DNA of 64,000 nt from Trichodelitschia bisporula. Taxonomy: Eukaryota. The notes under the pieces were generated by a model, which was given only the letters and a program-made list of their open reading frames with translations, was not told where the DNA came from and searched no databases. Shown here piece by piece: positions 47,090 to 59,973 of this stretch. Made by a program: the position numbers and the translations under genes. How positions within the stretch are numbered: position 1 is the stretch's first letter; the number at the start of each line of letters is the position of its first letter. The stretch covers positions 948,691 through 1,012,690 of the forward strand of contig ML996689.1 of NCBI GenBank assembly GCA_010356995.1. The letters run 5' to 3'.

Positions 47090-48504
47090 ATGGCCTCTCG
47101 CCCTGCCACCAGAGCTGCACGTGCAGCAATTGCTCATCTGGCAAAGCCTGCTGTCCAGCGTCGGACCTTCGTTGCTGCAGCCGGTGCTGTGCGGGCTGGC
47201 TCGGTCAACGCCGCGAAGCCCGCCGTCTCTGCGCGCATTCAACAAGTTCGCGGCGTGAAGACCATTGACTTCGCTGGTACCAAGGAGGTCGTCTACGGTA
47301 GGCATCCGCCGCATCCAGCCGCGTCCGCAGCTTTCTAATAGATTTCCAGAACGTGCAGACTGGCCCCGTGAGAAGCTCCTTGTAAGCCTTTTTGCACCAT
47401 ATGCTGGTCTCGGAATTAATGTTCGCTAGGAATACTTCAAGGACGACACTCTTGCACTGATCGGCTACGGTTCCCAAGGCCATGGACAAGGCCTTAACCT
47501 CCGCGACAACGGCCTTAACGTCATCATTGGCGTGCGTAAGAACGGCGCTTCGTGGAATGAGGCTATTCAGGATGGCTGGGTTCCTGGAAAGAACCTGTTC
47601 GAGGTCGATGAGGCCATCTCGCGTGGTACAATCGTTATGAACCTTCTCAGCGATGCCGCCCAGAGCGAGACCTGGCCAGCTATCAAACCCCAGCTGACCA
47701 AGGGCAAGGTAGAGCTCTCTCCCTTGCCATTTGACCAATTCTCATATCGTCTAGACGTTGTACTTCTCGCACGGCTTCTCTCCGGTCTTCAAGGACCTGA
47801 CCAAGGTCGACATCCCCGAGGACATTGACGTCATCCTCGTTGCTCCCAAGGGCTCGGGCCGCACCGTTCGCACGCTGTTCCGCGAGGGCCGTGGTATCAA
47901 CTCTTCCGTTGCCGTCTTCCAGGATGTCACCGGCAAGGCGCTCGAGAAGGCTGTGGCACTTGGTGTTGCCGTCGGCAGCGGTTACCTCTACCAGACCACC
48001 TTCGAGAAGGAGGTCTACTCGGATCTGTACGGCGAGCGCGGCTGCCTTATGGGCGGCATCCACGGCATGTTTCTTGCCCAGTATGAGGTTCTCCGCGAGC
48101 GCGGCCATAGCCCAAGTGAGGCTTTCAACGAGACCGTTGAGGAGGCCACCCAGAGCCTGTACCCCTTGATCAGCCAGAACGGCATGGATTACATGTACGC
48201 GGCCTGCTCGACTACCGCGCGCCGTGGTGCTATTGACTGGAGCAAGAAGTTCAAGGACACGTTGAAGCCTGTCTTCAACGAGCTCTACGACCGCGTGGCT
48301 GACGGCTCCGAGACCCAGCGTTCCCTGGAGTACAACAGCAGGCCCGACTACCGTGAGCTTTACGAGAAGGAGATGGAGGAAATCCGCAACCTGGAGATCT
48401 GGAGGGCGGGCAAGGCTGTTCGGTATGTGGTTTCTCGTCCAGCAACCCCGATAATCTCGCTAACCCGCACTAGTTCTCTTCGCCCTGAGAACGCTTCGTC
48501 GTGA
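47090..48504 (+). CDS. ILV5: Mitochondrial ketol-acid reductoisomerase (acetohydroxyacid reductoisomerase)
   Basis: Presequence, RGVKTIDFAG, ERADWPREKL, LALIGYGSQGHGQGLNLRDNG, YFSHGFSPVF, VAPKGSGRTVR and SDLYGERGCLMGGIHGMF; four introns. Confidence 0.97.
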
Positions 48505-49498
48505 TTTGTTGAATGCATTGTAATGTCAACTTGTAGCGGTACTGTTCTTTCACTCTCGTAGAAGATGGTAGCTGTTCCTACAGGCGTGAAATGAGTGATG
48601 CTATGGACCACGGCTGATTTTGGGCTATGGTGCTCATTTACTGCTCGGCAGCAGCACGCCGCGTATGGTGGCAAAAGGGAAGGGCTTCTTTACAGCAATC
48701 AATACCCATTTATCTGCGTTGTTGAACGTCCTGCTACCCGCCGACTCGTGCTACTTTCCTGTTACCGGCTAGTTGAGTTGCACTTGATGTTCAGGTAGCT
48801 GATCGGGTGTCGTTCTCCATTCGCTTGGCTCACAGATGCGGAAGTGCACGCCTATTTACGGCAGGAGGTCGGAATAGCCCAGGTAGCTTTGCGTTTTGGG
48901 ACATGGGAGTAGGCCTGCGCGATGCCGGAAGAGGAACCTACTACGTAGCAGCATCCCGAACCCCGCTTGACGCCCTGACTCCCTAACTCCCGAAGGTAAA
49001 CGCCTCGGGGGGATGCAGGCAAAGTTCCAGTCGTAGGGTGCGGCGGCGCATCGCAGGGTAGGCTCCCCCACGCTGCAATGCAAATGGAAAATCCCATCCG
49101 GAAGTGTGGCGTGCTCTTGGGCTAGATGCGATTCGCAACAACGCACCGCTTACCCCCAGCCTCTAGAACTACGGTAGGCGAGGCGCAAACCTAGGCCCTG
49201 ACAGCCCCTCTACGCTGGTGCATCCAGAAGCCAACCAGACAGCCCGACAGCCTGGCCGTTCTCGGCCTCGAAAAGAAAAGCATAACGTGGAGGATTTTGG
49301 ATATTTTCAGCTCGCAGCTGTTGAGCAGGAGCCAAGATCTCTTATCGTCTATTGCAATTCTTATTTTTGGCCGTTGCAAGTCCCCTGACTAGAAGTACAT
49401 ACATTATGCCCCTCGTACCCCCCACTTGGGGTGCGCACCGATCTCCCAGCTGTCGGGTTCTTTTGGATACAGTGGGACTCCAGTACTCGACCTGAGTG

Positions 49499-50852
49499 AT
49501 GCCAGACCTCCGCCTCGAATTCGACTTCGCAGATGACTCCCGCCGTCCAGGGAGTGCTATCCCAGTGTTTTTCCGTCATACAGGCGTCAAGGGCTCCTTG
49601 CGCGCATTTAATGTTTCGAACAATGATGTCGACAAGATCAAAATCGTGCTTCGAGGTTCTCTCAGCCCTGGTTGCACCTTGCCTAGTTCTAGACGTTAAT
49701 TGGCGTAGGATTCCTATTAAATGTCGTGGGTCACAGATGCCCGCAGTTCCAATTGTCGCACGATATGGTAGTCGAACATCAAGTTAGAAAGCACTTAGGT
49801 GTATTTCCCCAACTAGTTCTAACCTCGCGTAGCTCCTTAAACTCGTCGACGTGCACTTTTCAGCCTCGCAGCACTCCAGGACCTCAGACGATGTGGATTG
49901 TGAAGAGTTTCCGTTTGATTTCAAGCTCAAAGCAAGATCATGTTCAGCGCCAGAGGATCGACATGACAGTCCGATTTTCCCAGCAACAACATTGCCGTCA
50001 TCTGTGGACGTGCTGGGACCATGGTGTACTGCTGCCGCTGGCGAAGTTAACTGCAGAGCCGAGACGCAAGTGCGGTATGAGGTGGAAGCCTACGCCTACC
50101 GGGGTGATGATGCAGTATCAGCCGCTGTACAACAGGTGAGGATATTCGACATAGTCGACGCCCATCCGCCACCGATCCACATGGCCGACTTTCCGGGCGA
50201 ATACACATGCTCCCAAGAGCACAAGCTGAAGCGCTCCTTCTCCCGTAGTGGTCGCCGGATGATGATCGCGGTGGCTCAACCAAAGCCGCTTGAGATATCG
50301 CTTGACAAGGACGTATCCATGGTGGCGTTCCATGTCAGCTTTTTCGTTGAGGACGGACCGACACACTCCTCGCCACCAAGCACCCTGCATATTCGCGTTG
50401 ACTCGCTTCTCAGGTCCACAACTTTCATTGCCTTACGCCAAATGGACATGCACCCGACAGTTGCGCAGGCAAGGCGGACGCCCTTTCTCGCCGCGGTGCC
50501 CAAGTTCGGTCGTCCATATCACAGGAAGCTCCACATCACAAACTGGACTCGTTGTCCGCCCGGAAACAAGGTCTCGCGATGGTGGATGAACGAAACCGTG
50601 GTTTGGTTACCTATTACAGAAAAGTCCAACCCCGCACCGACATTCTTCACACCATTCATATCCCGCCGGTACAGTGTGTCGTTGCGCTTCGCCGCCAAAG
50701 GAGATGGAAAGGCCAACTTCCTCCTGCAGGTCCCGTTGCAAATCGTATACCCAACCCTGCTGGGCTCTGCGGCACCAGCTTACGATGCCGAGCCTCCCCA
50801 AGACGAATCGATCGAACTAGGGCCTGAACGGTTACCGCTTTACGTTCGGTGA
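49499..50852 (+). CDS. Arrestin-like (Bul/ART-type) protein with C-terminal PY-like motifs
   Basis: Two short introns (about 49656-49709 and about 49783-49832) give a continuous frame; motifs FPFDF, TTLPSS, VRYEVEA, PTFFTPFISRRYSV and LQVPLQIVY; tail contains APAY and LPLY. Confidence 0.6.
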
Positions 50853-51144
50853 AGGGGCCATGATTCGGGTTGCAAATCTGGCCGGCGTTCGCTTCCATAA
50901 CGTATCTGGCCTCCGAAGCGCCTAGAGGACTTTGGCTGACTGAGTCTTAACACGTACGGCCAGGTATCTTGAGGCTTTTCGTGAAGAATTGCGTGGAGAT
51001 AAAATGAGCTCAACTCGGGTTGGACGACTGAACGAGAACGGTAAGAATACCTTGAAGCGTCGAGGAGCCATGGCACTGATTAAACGCAAAAAAGGAGACA
51101 CCACAATGAGCAGTCAACGCGGGCAGGAAGCAATCATTTGGTAA

Positions 51145-51697
51145 TTAGAGAGCCGTTTTAGACTGGACACATAGTGCTATTCCAGCTAGCACAAGTGCAA
51201 TCCCAAGCCATGTATCTAGAATGGAATCAGCGATGTGGGCGGTGGGGTGGACTAGCCACATACCCTTTGAGATGACCTTGCCTTCTGCGTACCATTCACC
51301 GAGCACGGTGAATAGGAAGGCAAGCGAGTTTGTTATAGGAACCGTCAAACTCAAATCTAGATTGTGTCAAACTCCATTGTGGGGTATCGTATCCATAAGT
51401 GAAATGCGCACCCGCTTGACCAACTAGTAGAAAAAACCACAGGCTTCCAGACAGGTTCAACAAGAGTGGAATCGAATACGCCGGTCTCTGTACCAGGTCG
51501 TATGTCGCCTGACAGATGGTGAGGGCCTTGCGTTTAGGCCACCAACCAGTCGGATTGGGTACATTCACTTTCTTCGTGTGCTGGTGCTGGATAGCTGCTT
51601 GCCGCATGAATGGTGTTGTGAAGCCCCATGCTACACCCACAGCAAGAAAGCCAAAGACATATTGAAAGAGCGAGGGCTCAGATGATTTTGCCGACAT
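51145..51697 (-). CDS. TMEM234-family small membrane protein
   Basis: FLAVGVAWGFTTPFMRQAA, YSIPLLLNLSGSLWFFLLVG / LSLTVPITNSLAFLFTVLGEW / DTWLGIALVLAGIALCV; two introns. Confidence 0.88.
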
Positions 51698-51942
51698 TTG
51701 CCCTGATAGCACCTAGAATAGACGGTGATATGGACTCGATGACGTTTGAGAATCGTTTAGGAGGCTGGAACTTCACGAGAGCCAAGGTTGATCATGCTGC
51801 CGCACGGTACAACCACGACTACCGCAGCTGCCAAGATCGGGCACCCCACCAGCACTCTCGTCTACACCTCAAGAAACATTAGCCTCTGTTTTGCGAAAGA
51901 TCTCTACCGCGAAGACCTCTGTTGTCTAGTTTACTTCCTCTC

Positions 51943-52857
51943 ATGTCTTCTACCGAGCAGCCACTTGGCCTCACGGCCTCACAGCTGGAGTTCTGGGACA
52001 AGAACGGCTTCTTGATCATTCCACGGGAGCTGGATGCGCAGACCGCAGCAACCCTGCTTGGGGAAACGCGGTCGATGCTCGCTTCTTTCCCGCTTGAGAG
52101 TCATCCCATGACGCGCTTCTCGACGGGGGAGAAGGATGAACATGTTGGCGACGACTACTTCCTCACCAGTGGAGACAAAGTTCATTTTTTCTTCGAGGAA
52201 GAAGCATTCTCATCATCGGGGGAACTCATGAAGCCCAAGGAGCGTGCGATAAACAAGATCGGCCACTATTTGCACGAGTTGTCTGCGCCTTTCAGAGCTA
52301 TTACACTGAACAACCGCAACTCTGCGATAGCGCGGAGCCTTGGCTACAGAGACCCACGATGCCTCCAAAGCATGGTGATTTGCAAGCAGCCAGAAATTGG
52401 CGGCGCGGTACCGCCTCACCAAGACAGCACCTTCCTGTACACTGATCCGCCTAGCGCTGTGGGATTCTGGTACGCTCTTGAGGATGCTACCGCTGAGAAT
52501 GGCTGCTTGAGCTTTGCAAGCGGAACTCACAAGCGAGAGCCAATTCGAAAGCGATTTGTGCGAGCAGAATCCGGCGGCACTGGATTTATAGAAAATGAAG
52601 GGCCTGCATTCCCTTCTTCGAACGACAACATCCCTCAGGATTCCCACAGCGAAGTTGATGATCATTATATTATGGGGGAGGTTAAAGCTGGAAGTCTGGT
52701 ATTGATTCATGGGAACTTGCTACACAAGAGTGAAAAGAATCTCAGCGGAAAGAGTCGGTTCATTTACACCTTCCACATCATTGAAGGGGAAAACCAGTAT
52801 GATGGGAAAAACTGGCTCCAACCACCGCAGCAGGGCTTCTCGAGAGTAGCAGCATGA
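51943..52857 (+). CDS. PHYHD1: Phytanoyl-CoA dioxygenase domain-containing protein 1-like (Fe/2OG oxygenase)
   Basis: YFLTSGDKVHFFFEE, AINKIGHYLH, QSMVICKQPEIGGAVPPHQDSTFLYTDP and HGNLLHKSEKNLSGKSR; intronless. Confidence 0.9.
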   Translation: MSSTEQPLGLTASQLEFWDKNGFLIIPRELDAQTAATLLGETRSMLASFPLESHPMTRFSTGEKDEHVGDDYFLTSGDKVHFFFEEEAFSSSGELMKPKERAINKIGHYLHELSAPFRAITLNNRNSAIARSLGYRDPRCLQSMVICKQPEIGGAVPPHQDSTFLYTDPPSAVGFWYALEDATAENGCLSFASGTHKREPIRKRFVRAESGGTGFIENEGPAFPSSNDNIPQDSHSEVDDHYIMGEVKAGSLVLIHGNLLHKSEKNLSGKSRFIYTFHIIEGENQYDGKNWLQPPQQGFSRVAA

Positions 52858-53097
52858 TGTGTTGGGCCAAGCTCTGGCAAGGCCAAAGCGTCACTACTGC
52901 TGAGTGGACCTGCACATTATGGGACGTGTCTGTAATACAATCATGTCTGATTCCCCGACTCTGCGTTTCTGCAACTCCAGCTAAATTCGCCGAAGTTAAC
53001 CGCACGTCGATTGCATCTGTGCATACTCTTTGAGCAACAAATCAATGAGCAGGCGAAATCTATGAGGTATTCGTCGACCATATGGGCGGATGGGCCC

Positions 53098-54194
53098 TCA
53101 CCACATCGGGAATTGACGTTGCTGAACGATCGGCCGGTCTGGCAGGGGAAGCCATAACTTCTTAGTTTCGCGCTTCTTCTGTTTCTCTTCCGAAAGCCGG
53201 ATCCGCGTGGCTTCTTCTTTCAGAACGACCGAAATGCCTGTAGGACATATTAGTTTTATATCCAGGAGAAACGCGTGCTATCCAGGGGGCCACGTACTGG
53301 TGTAAGGGAGATGAAGAATGTTCGCGCGACCGCGGGCGCGATACTCCATAGCCTTGCCGTACATCCCTCGTCCCACCCACGCTTGATCAACGTAAATGCT
53401 GGTTCGGTCTGTCACGACCTTCCTCTTGCCGTCCTTCAATTCTATCTCCATCGGCTCACCCGCCGTATTCTCCACTTTGCCCAGGCCCATGCCGCGCTTG
53501 ACGACCGCTTCGTCTCTGGCATATTGGAGATGCTGCAAGACGGACTTCGCAGCCTTTTTCTTGCTGAATTGCATCTGCAAAATAGCCTCTTCGATGGGCT
53601 TGCCCGCGATTTGATTTGCCAATTTGGTGAGCTTTTTAACTGATGTCTTGATCATCGGGCTTTTGCTAAGATTCTCGCGTTCGGTTCGCTTTATTTGCTG
53701 AGCCTTAGTCAAGCGCCCACGCTTCCGGACCTCTCTGATGACCATCTTGCGCTCGAAGCGTTCCCGGCTTCGCGGATCCGGATCCAAGACGTTTGCCATG
53801 TCATTGGGATTGCGTACAGAGGGGGCTTCATTGGTGGCTGGAGAAGGCTCTGCTTCTTCAAAAATGGAGTTCGGAGCCACGCCTCCCGTTTGAATGTCAG
53901 GACGGACAGTGAGCTTCGGCTTCGTCTTCAAGTATTTCTCCAGTAAGGGATTGGAAGGAGTGGCATTCTCCGTTGGCGTAGGGGGATCGTCATGTCTTGA
54001 ACGGAAGAGCTTGCTGATGAATGTGCGCGATGTGATGAGGGGACCGTGGACGACGGGTCGACGCGGTTGAGGAGAGACGAGCCATTTGGCTGCGCGACCT
54101 GAGAAATGGGTGTTTAGCAGGGTGTGTGAGAGAATAGCATTGGGAAAGCCGTACCTGGCACTGCCAGTCGCTTTCTGAGGACTGAAAGACTCAT
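53098..54194 (-). CDS. MRPL22: Mitochondrial ribosomal protein uL22m
   Basis: KTSVKKLTKLANQIAGKPIEEAILQMQFSKKKAA, IYVDQAWVGRG and YRARGR; short first exon MSLSVLRKRLAVP; last exon ISVVLKEEATRIR...PDRPIVQQRQFPMW. Confidence 0.93.
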
Positions 54195-55136
54195 CTCTCA
54201 GCAAGCGGCATTATTCCTTTGCGGCGCGCATTGGGCGACTACGGAAGTGAGGTGCGAGAGAAAATCCCGATGTCACGTGGGTGCAAATCGCTGGTCAATT
54301 AGCTGACTTAAGCGCTACCTGAAGAAAGTTGTGGCTGCCGTGCCTGGGCGTATTTGCGGAAGGAGGCGGCCACGACCTTTTCGGGTGGCGCCTTGGCCCC
54401 GGTCTTTTGGCTCTTCCTCACTCACCAGCCCTGGCTCGTGAAGAAAGATAAGCCAACATCGCAGCGCAGGACATGAGCCAGTCTCCGGTTTAGCGACTAT
54501 GGCTGACTATCGGTTGGCCATTGAAACTGTCACGGACTGTTTATGCTTTGATGATGCCGATCTCACTTCTACAGTAGCGCTTCACCTGTTGGAGTTTACT
54601 GCACAGCATGTTTGGAACCTCCCTTGCTCACCAAGCCAAGATGGGCAAAGATGTCCAGTCGGAAATAGTTTGTGTTAAGAGTAAAACGCGCTGGCGGTTG
54701 CGAAAGGGTATGAACGATGCGTTCTCGGTCCGTTAGTTGAGATGACCACGGAGCAGAGGGGGGAGGTGACTAGAACGTCTTCTCTTGATTAAAAAGATCT
54801 TCGACCACATACTACTGCGTACGTACTATTACGGTGGGGCGAGCGAGCCAGAAGCGCGCACACGTCCATCGGTAACATATCTACGACAGGAAGTCTTCTT
54901 GACCTGTGGCTTAATTGGATAGCGATGTTATAGCGACGTTCTCTGCCGTGTCTGTCTCCGATGTCTACCTCCGTACGAGGTACGATGTCACCGCTGTCTC
55001 CGCCTTCACTGCATGAAGTTACGAGGGGCCCCTGGTCTTCCTCCGGTGTTGCGCCACGGGGTGGAATACTACGTAAGCAGGGCGGCCTCACAAGCCGGTC
55101 ACCCCCCATGAAAATAAACCTGCCAAGCTATCCCCT

Positions 55137-55195
55137 CCCCCCCCCCCCCCCCTCCCTCCACTCCACTCCACTCCACTCCACTCCACTCCACTCCA
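55137..55195. repeat. Poly-C tract followed by (CTCCA)8
   Basis: Seen directly, upstream of PRP24. Confidence 0.95.
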
Positions 55196-55487
55196 TCTCC
55201 CTCACGCCCGCCGCGCCGCCCTCCGCTCTGGCCTTTGACTGCCAACTACGCGAAAGCATCTACGTCGCTGTACATGACTACACTCTCGTCAACTCTTCGT
55301 TACTCCCTCAACCTGTCCTCTCCCACATCCTACGCTAGACATTGCCGAATTCCCTTCCTCCGCTGGATGTCGCAGCGCGTCGCATAGCCAGCAAACCCGT
55401 TGTGGAATACGGCCATGCCCAGAGCATAAACACTCTCGGCAGCCTGTGTCCTCGATCTTTTCATCCTCCACCGCTAAGCCTTTTGTC

Positions 55488-58400
55488 ATGGATATTAACT
55501 CGCTTCTATCACCACAGGATCCGTCTCCTGCCGATGCCTCCCCGCGCTCATCGCCGAACAGGTCGCAGTGGAGGCCTCCCGTCCAACAGCGGAGGTCTTC
55601 GGGTTTGAGCCAGCAGCTCTCCCACTCTCCACGGGTGCAAGAGCAGCGTCTTCCATCAATAGCTGCGCGGAATGCAGCAGCTGCATACCATTATCCACAG
55701 CCGCATGGCGCCGCCATCCTAGACACCGCCGGGTCGCCGTATCAACAACAGCAGGCCACCGCGGGATATGCCTCTACATCGGCGCTTTCCCACCCCGCAG
55801 ACGGCCACACGCCCGCACAATCACCAACGCGGAGACAAGGCTCTACTCCTGGCATGGACGCACTTGCAGGTGAGCATTAAAACGTCGTGCCTCTCGAGGG
55901 CGCAAGTTCTTGCGCACGGAATACTTCGTATTGGAGCAGAGAATGATTTTTTTTTTGCTAACTTTGCTTGTAGATATCGCATCGATGCAACACCGGCAAA
56001 GCGTTTCCCGCCAAAGCTCGAGCGGTTCTCACGAGAGGTCGACGGTTGGGTACATGCGCCCCCTGCCTCATTCACCTCCCCACAGCATCCGCAAGTGCTA
56101 ACCAACTTCCAGTTACGCCGTCCATCCACAAGCGTCCTCTGTATCTGCGCACTCTCCCGCCGAGATGAGTATGTCTGATACAACCCCCCAAACGCCGCGC
56201 ATATACATCGCATCCGCCCTGTCCGATTCCGAATGCCAAACTGTTACCGAACTCGCTAAGCATTTGGCCGAGAACTCATTTGACTTTCAAGCCCACGTTC
56301 AATTCATCGGCCTGTTGCACAACGGGTTCGTCGAGCATACTCGTACCGGAGGTGATCCTCATCGCTACGAGCTGCTCGTTGACCTGCGACAAGCCCGCCA
56401 GTCCATGGACGGATCCTTTCCGGTCGGGGAGAAAATGTGGGCGGACTGGCTTGAGGACGAAAAGCTTCTGGCAAGATCCATCGACGAGCGGACACACGTT
56501 ATTGAGCTTTTCAAGCGCGCCGTCACCGATGAGCCCAGCAGTGCGAAACTCTGGCGGCTGTACGGTGATTACATGCACTACCTCTGGGCTACCACCTACG
56601 ACATCAACGGAGGGGCATCCACCGCCAGCTGGACAGCCGATGATAAAGAGATTGGGAAAGAGCTGTTCAAGTGGGACCCCATGATGGACGTGTGGGAACT
56701 GGGCTGCGCCAGCACGCAGTGGCGTCTGAATGACAGCCACGTTGTATGGGACGGTTATATTCAAGTTCTAATGCAAAGTCAACGCTTGTGGCCAGCTCCT
56801 GAGAAGATCGCCAACATCAGGACCAAGTTTACGGAGAGGCTTCAACGGGCGCATGCAACGTGGGAGGAGACGTTCCAGATGTTCTCCACGTTCATATCTA
56901 CGTACGATAATGCTGCATACGAGGACACCATGGTTGCCACGAGCCGACTCGGAATTCAGCCGAAAAAGGTATATTCTGTGAGAGAGCAGTTTGAACTCAA
57001 TCTTCAGCGAGCCGCTCAAAGCGGTGATGAACAGGCCGAATGGGCAGCGTATTCCGATTATCTCAGCTGGGAAGTCCGGAAGCGGGGCGTGTTCAGCTTC
57101 AATCTCATCAACGGCTTGTACGAGCGAGCGACTATTCGATTCCCTTCGGTCGCTAGCTTGTGGATTGACTATGTGGAGTTTCTCATCGAGAATGACACTA
57201 AGGACATTCCAATCATCGCTGTACTGGAACGCGCTACCAGGCATTGTCCCTGGTCTGGGGACCTTTGGGCGCACCGTCTTTTGGCTCTCGAAGCTGAAGG
57301 CAAGGAATTCGGAGAGATCGAGGACGTGAAGCATAAGGCCACTGCCACCGGCCTGCTCGATGTCGGCGGCATCGACGAGTTGCTGAAAGTCTATGTTGCC
57401 TGGTGTGGCTGTCTCAGGCGCCGAGCGTTTGAACCCAGCGCTTCGGAAGACGAACTCGACATTGCAGAGGTGGCCATTAGGTCTGCACTGGAACACGTGA
57501 AAAAGGCTCGAGAGAAGCTGCTGGGCAAGGATGCTCCACCCGATCCCCAGTACCGTCTGGAGAAAATCCATATCAAATTCCTGACACAAAGAGGAGATAT
57601 CACAGCGGCGCGAGATATATGGCGACAACTCATGCCAGCCCAAGGGAACAGCTACGACTTTTGGTACCGCTGCTACATTTGGGAAATGGTCATCTGGTCT
57701 AGGTTCGCCGTATGGAGCACTGGCGATCCCAACATGCCCCCGCGCACTCCACAAGAAGCCACTGCTGTTCTCCGACGTGCTTTGAAAAGGGTGGCTACTT
57801 TGGACTGGCCAGAGCCTCTCATTTCCATGTATCTCAGCCATTGCGAGCAGCACGAGTCTGTCATGACGCTTCGGACTGCCATTATTGAAGTACGCAAAGC
57901 GACAGCCACGCTTGCAAAGAGAAGAGAGGAGGAGAGCTTGGCAGCTTCACAGCTGGCGCATCAGGCTGCGGCGGTCGCAGGGCCATCCACTTCCGTCGAA
58001 ACCCCTGGCAGCGGGAAGCGCAAACGGGACTTGGACGTATCTGCGGACGAAGTTACTGTGAAGAAGGCAAAATCTGCCGAACCGCCCCCTGAGCTACACT
58101 CGTCAAGCACACAACCCCTAAAGCGCGATCGCGAACACACGATAGTTGTCGTCAAGAAACTCCCTCTGGACGCCACGACGACTCGGGTTCGCCAGTTTTT
58201 CCGAGATGTAAGGTGGCCACACGCATGCATTGTGGTCAGGAGCTAACACTTTGCAGTGCGGAACGATAAACAGTCTCAGGCTCCTCGTTGAAGGGAATCA
58301 CCAGGTCGCCACCATCGAGTTCGAGACGCAAGAGGATGCCTTGTTCGCACAGACGAAAGTTACCAAGCTATTTGACGGATATGAGCTCGAAATCGATATG

Positions 58401-59599
58401 GGTACTGGATCAACGGTATGGGTGACAAACTACCCACCAACGGCCGATGAGGCCTACATGCGGGACCTTTTCAAGGATGTAAGCGACCCTGACTTCGAAT
58501 GGAACTGGATCTGGGCTGACGTCAATCGCAGTGTGGTGAAATCGTAGAAGTCCGCTTCCCCTCATTGCAAGGCAACACAAACCGCAGGTTTTGCTATGTC
58601 CAGTTCGCGAACTCCGTTCAGGCGGTAAAGGCCACACACCTGGACGGTAAAAGGTTGGACAGTAAATACGTCCTCCATGCCAAGATTTCGGATCCAGCGA
58701 GGAGAGAGTCACGCCACGGTGCTATCTATGATGGACGCGAGGTGTACGCCAAAGACGTGGACTGGTCAGCTTCCGAGGCCGATGTTCAAAAGCACTTTGA
58801 GCAATGCGGTGCTATCGAGCGAATTCGCATACCGAGAAACCTTACCGGCAAAAGCAAAGGCATTGCTTTCGTCATTTTCGAGGACAAATCTAGTGCGGAG
58901 CTTGCAGTTCAGAAACTCAACCAAACAACCCTGAGGTCTCGCACCATTACTGTCGAACTTTCGCAGCCCAAGGCTCGCCGTACCGCAACTACAATAATCC
59001 GCCAGAATACGCACTCTCCATCTCCTGGGCCGTCCTCTCCCGGCATCAGTCCCTCCGTTGGCAACAGTGACACTGGTGCCCACACCAGTGAGGCTTCCAA
59101 CCCCCGCAGCATCAAGGCTCGCACTATGGCACTCTTGGGCGTCCCGGACACTGTCACATCTGCCCGATTGGAGCAGTTACTGCAGATTGCTGGCCCGATC
59201 AAGAAATTGAGTTTACGTCCCGATCACGGTGGAGCCATCGTCGAATTCATGGAAGAACGAAGTGTCGGCGTTGCAAGCTTGAGCCTGGAGGGTAAAGAGC
59301 TTGACGGCAAGCACGTCAGAACCGGGACTGTCGGAGAGTTGCTGAAGGAGAAACCAGTGGTGAAGAATACGAGACTTGGACAGGGCAAGAAGAGTGCGCG
59401 ACCTGCTGCTGCTCTGGGGAGTGGAGTGATATCCAGACCTGGTCAATCTTCACGTCGGGGTGGACGAGGGGGACTTGGGTTTAGGAAGAGTGAGGGATCG
59501 ATTCGTGCAGAAGCCGGAAATACAGAGGCAAATACTAAGACTAATGCAGATTTTAGGAATCTGGTGCTGGGGGGGGAGCGGGGAAAGGAAGGATCATAG
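55488..59599 (+). CDS. PRP24: U4/U6 snRNP recycling factor Prp24/SART3 (HAT repeats and four RRMs)
   Basis: Starts MDINSLLSPQ; HAT repeats (LYERATIRFP..LWIDY, ERATRHCPWSGDLW), KRDREHT, RRMs (RRFCYVQF, KSKGIAFVIF) and C-terminal Lsm-binding motif KTNADFRNL; four introns. Confidence 0.92.
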
Positions 59600-59973
59600 C
59601 CAAGCGGATCATGGGGACGGGATGGAAATTTGATACGGACCAAGGATATTGAATCCGGGGAGAGTCTACCGGGGTACCACTACGGGGTAGGATTGCAGCT
59701 TGTGTGGATATCAGTAGAACCAAAAGGGCGACGCCTAATACCCTAGCCAAATCGGAACAGCAACTGCGGAAAGCCGCTGTCCAATGTATGAATCATTATA
59801 CTATGCCCCTTATACCACGTGTGACAAGGCAAACGACTCCAGTTTGTCGCATTCGATCATCTCGTCTGCCGATTCGCCATCCGCCTGCCAAACCACAATG
59901 CAATGTTCAACCCCCCTAAACTCCGCGGAGCCATGCAACACATTCCGGCGCAACGCATCACCTTGTCATGCTT

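Noticed and set aside
52855..52940. Cryptic PTS1 by stop-codon readthrough in PHYHD1 (also checked for the 2-hydroxyacid dehydrogenase)
   Set aside because: Readthrough extensions end in TCL and CIG respectively, not SKL-like tripeptides, and neither stop has a TGA-CTA context.
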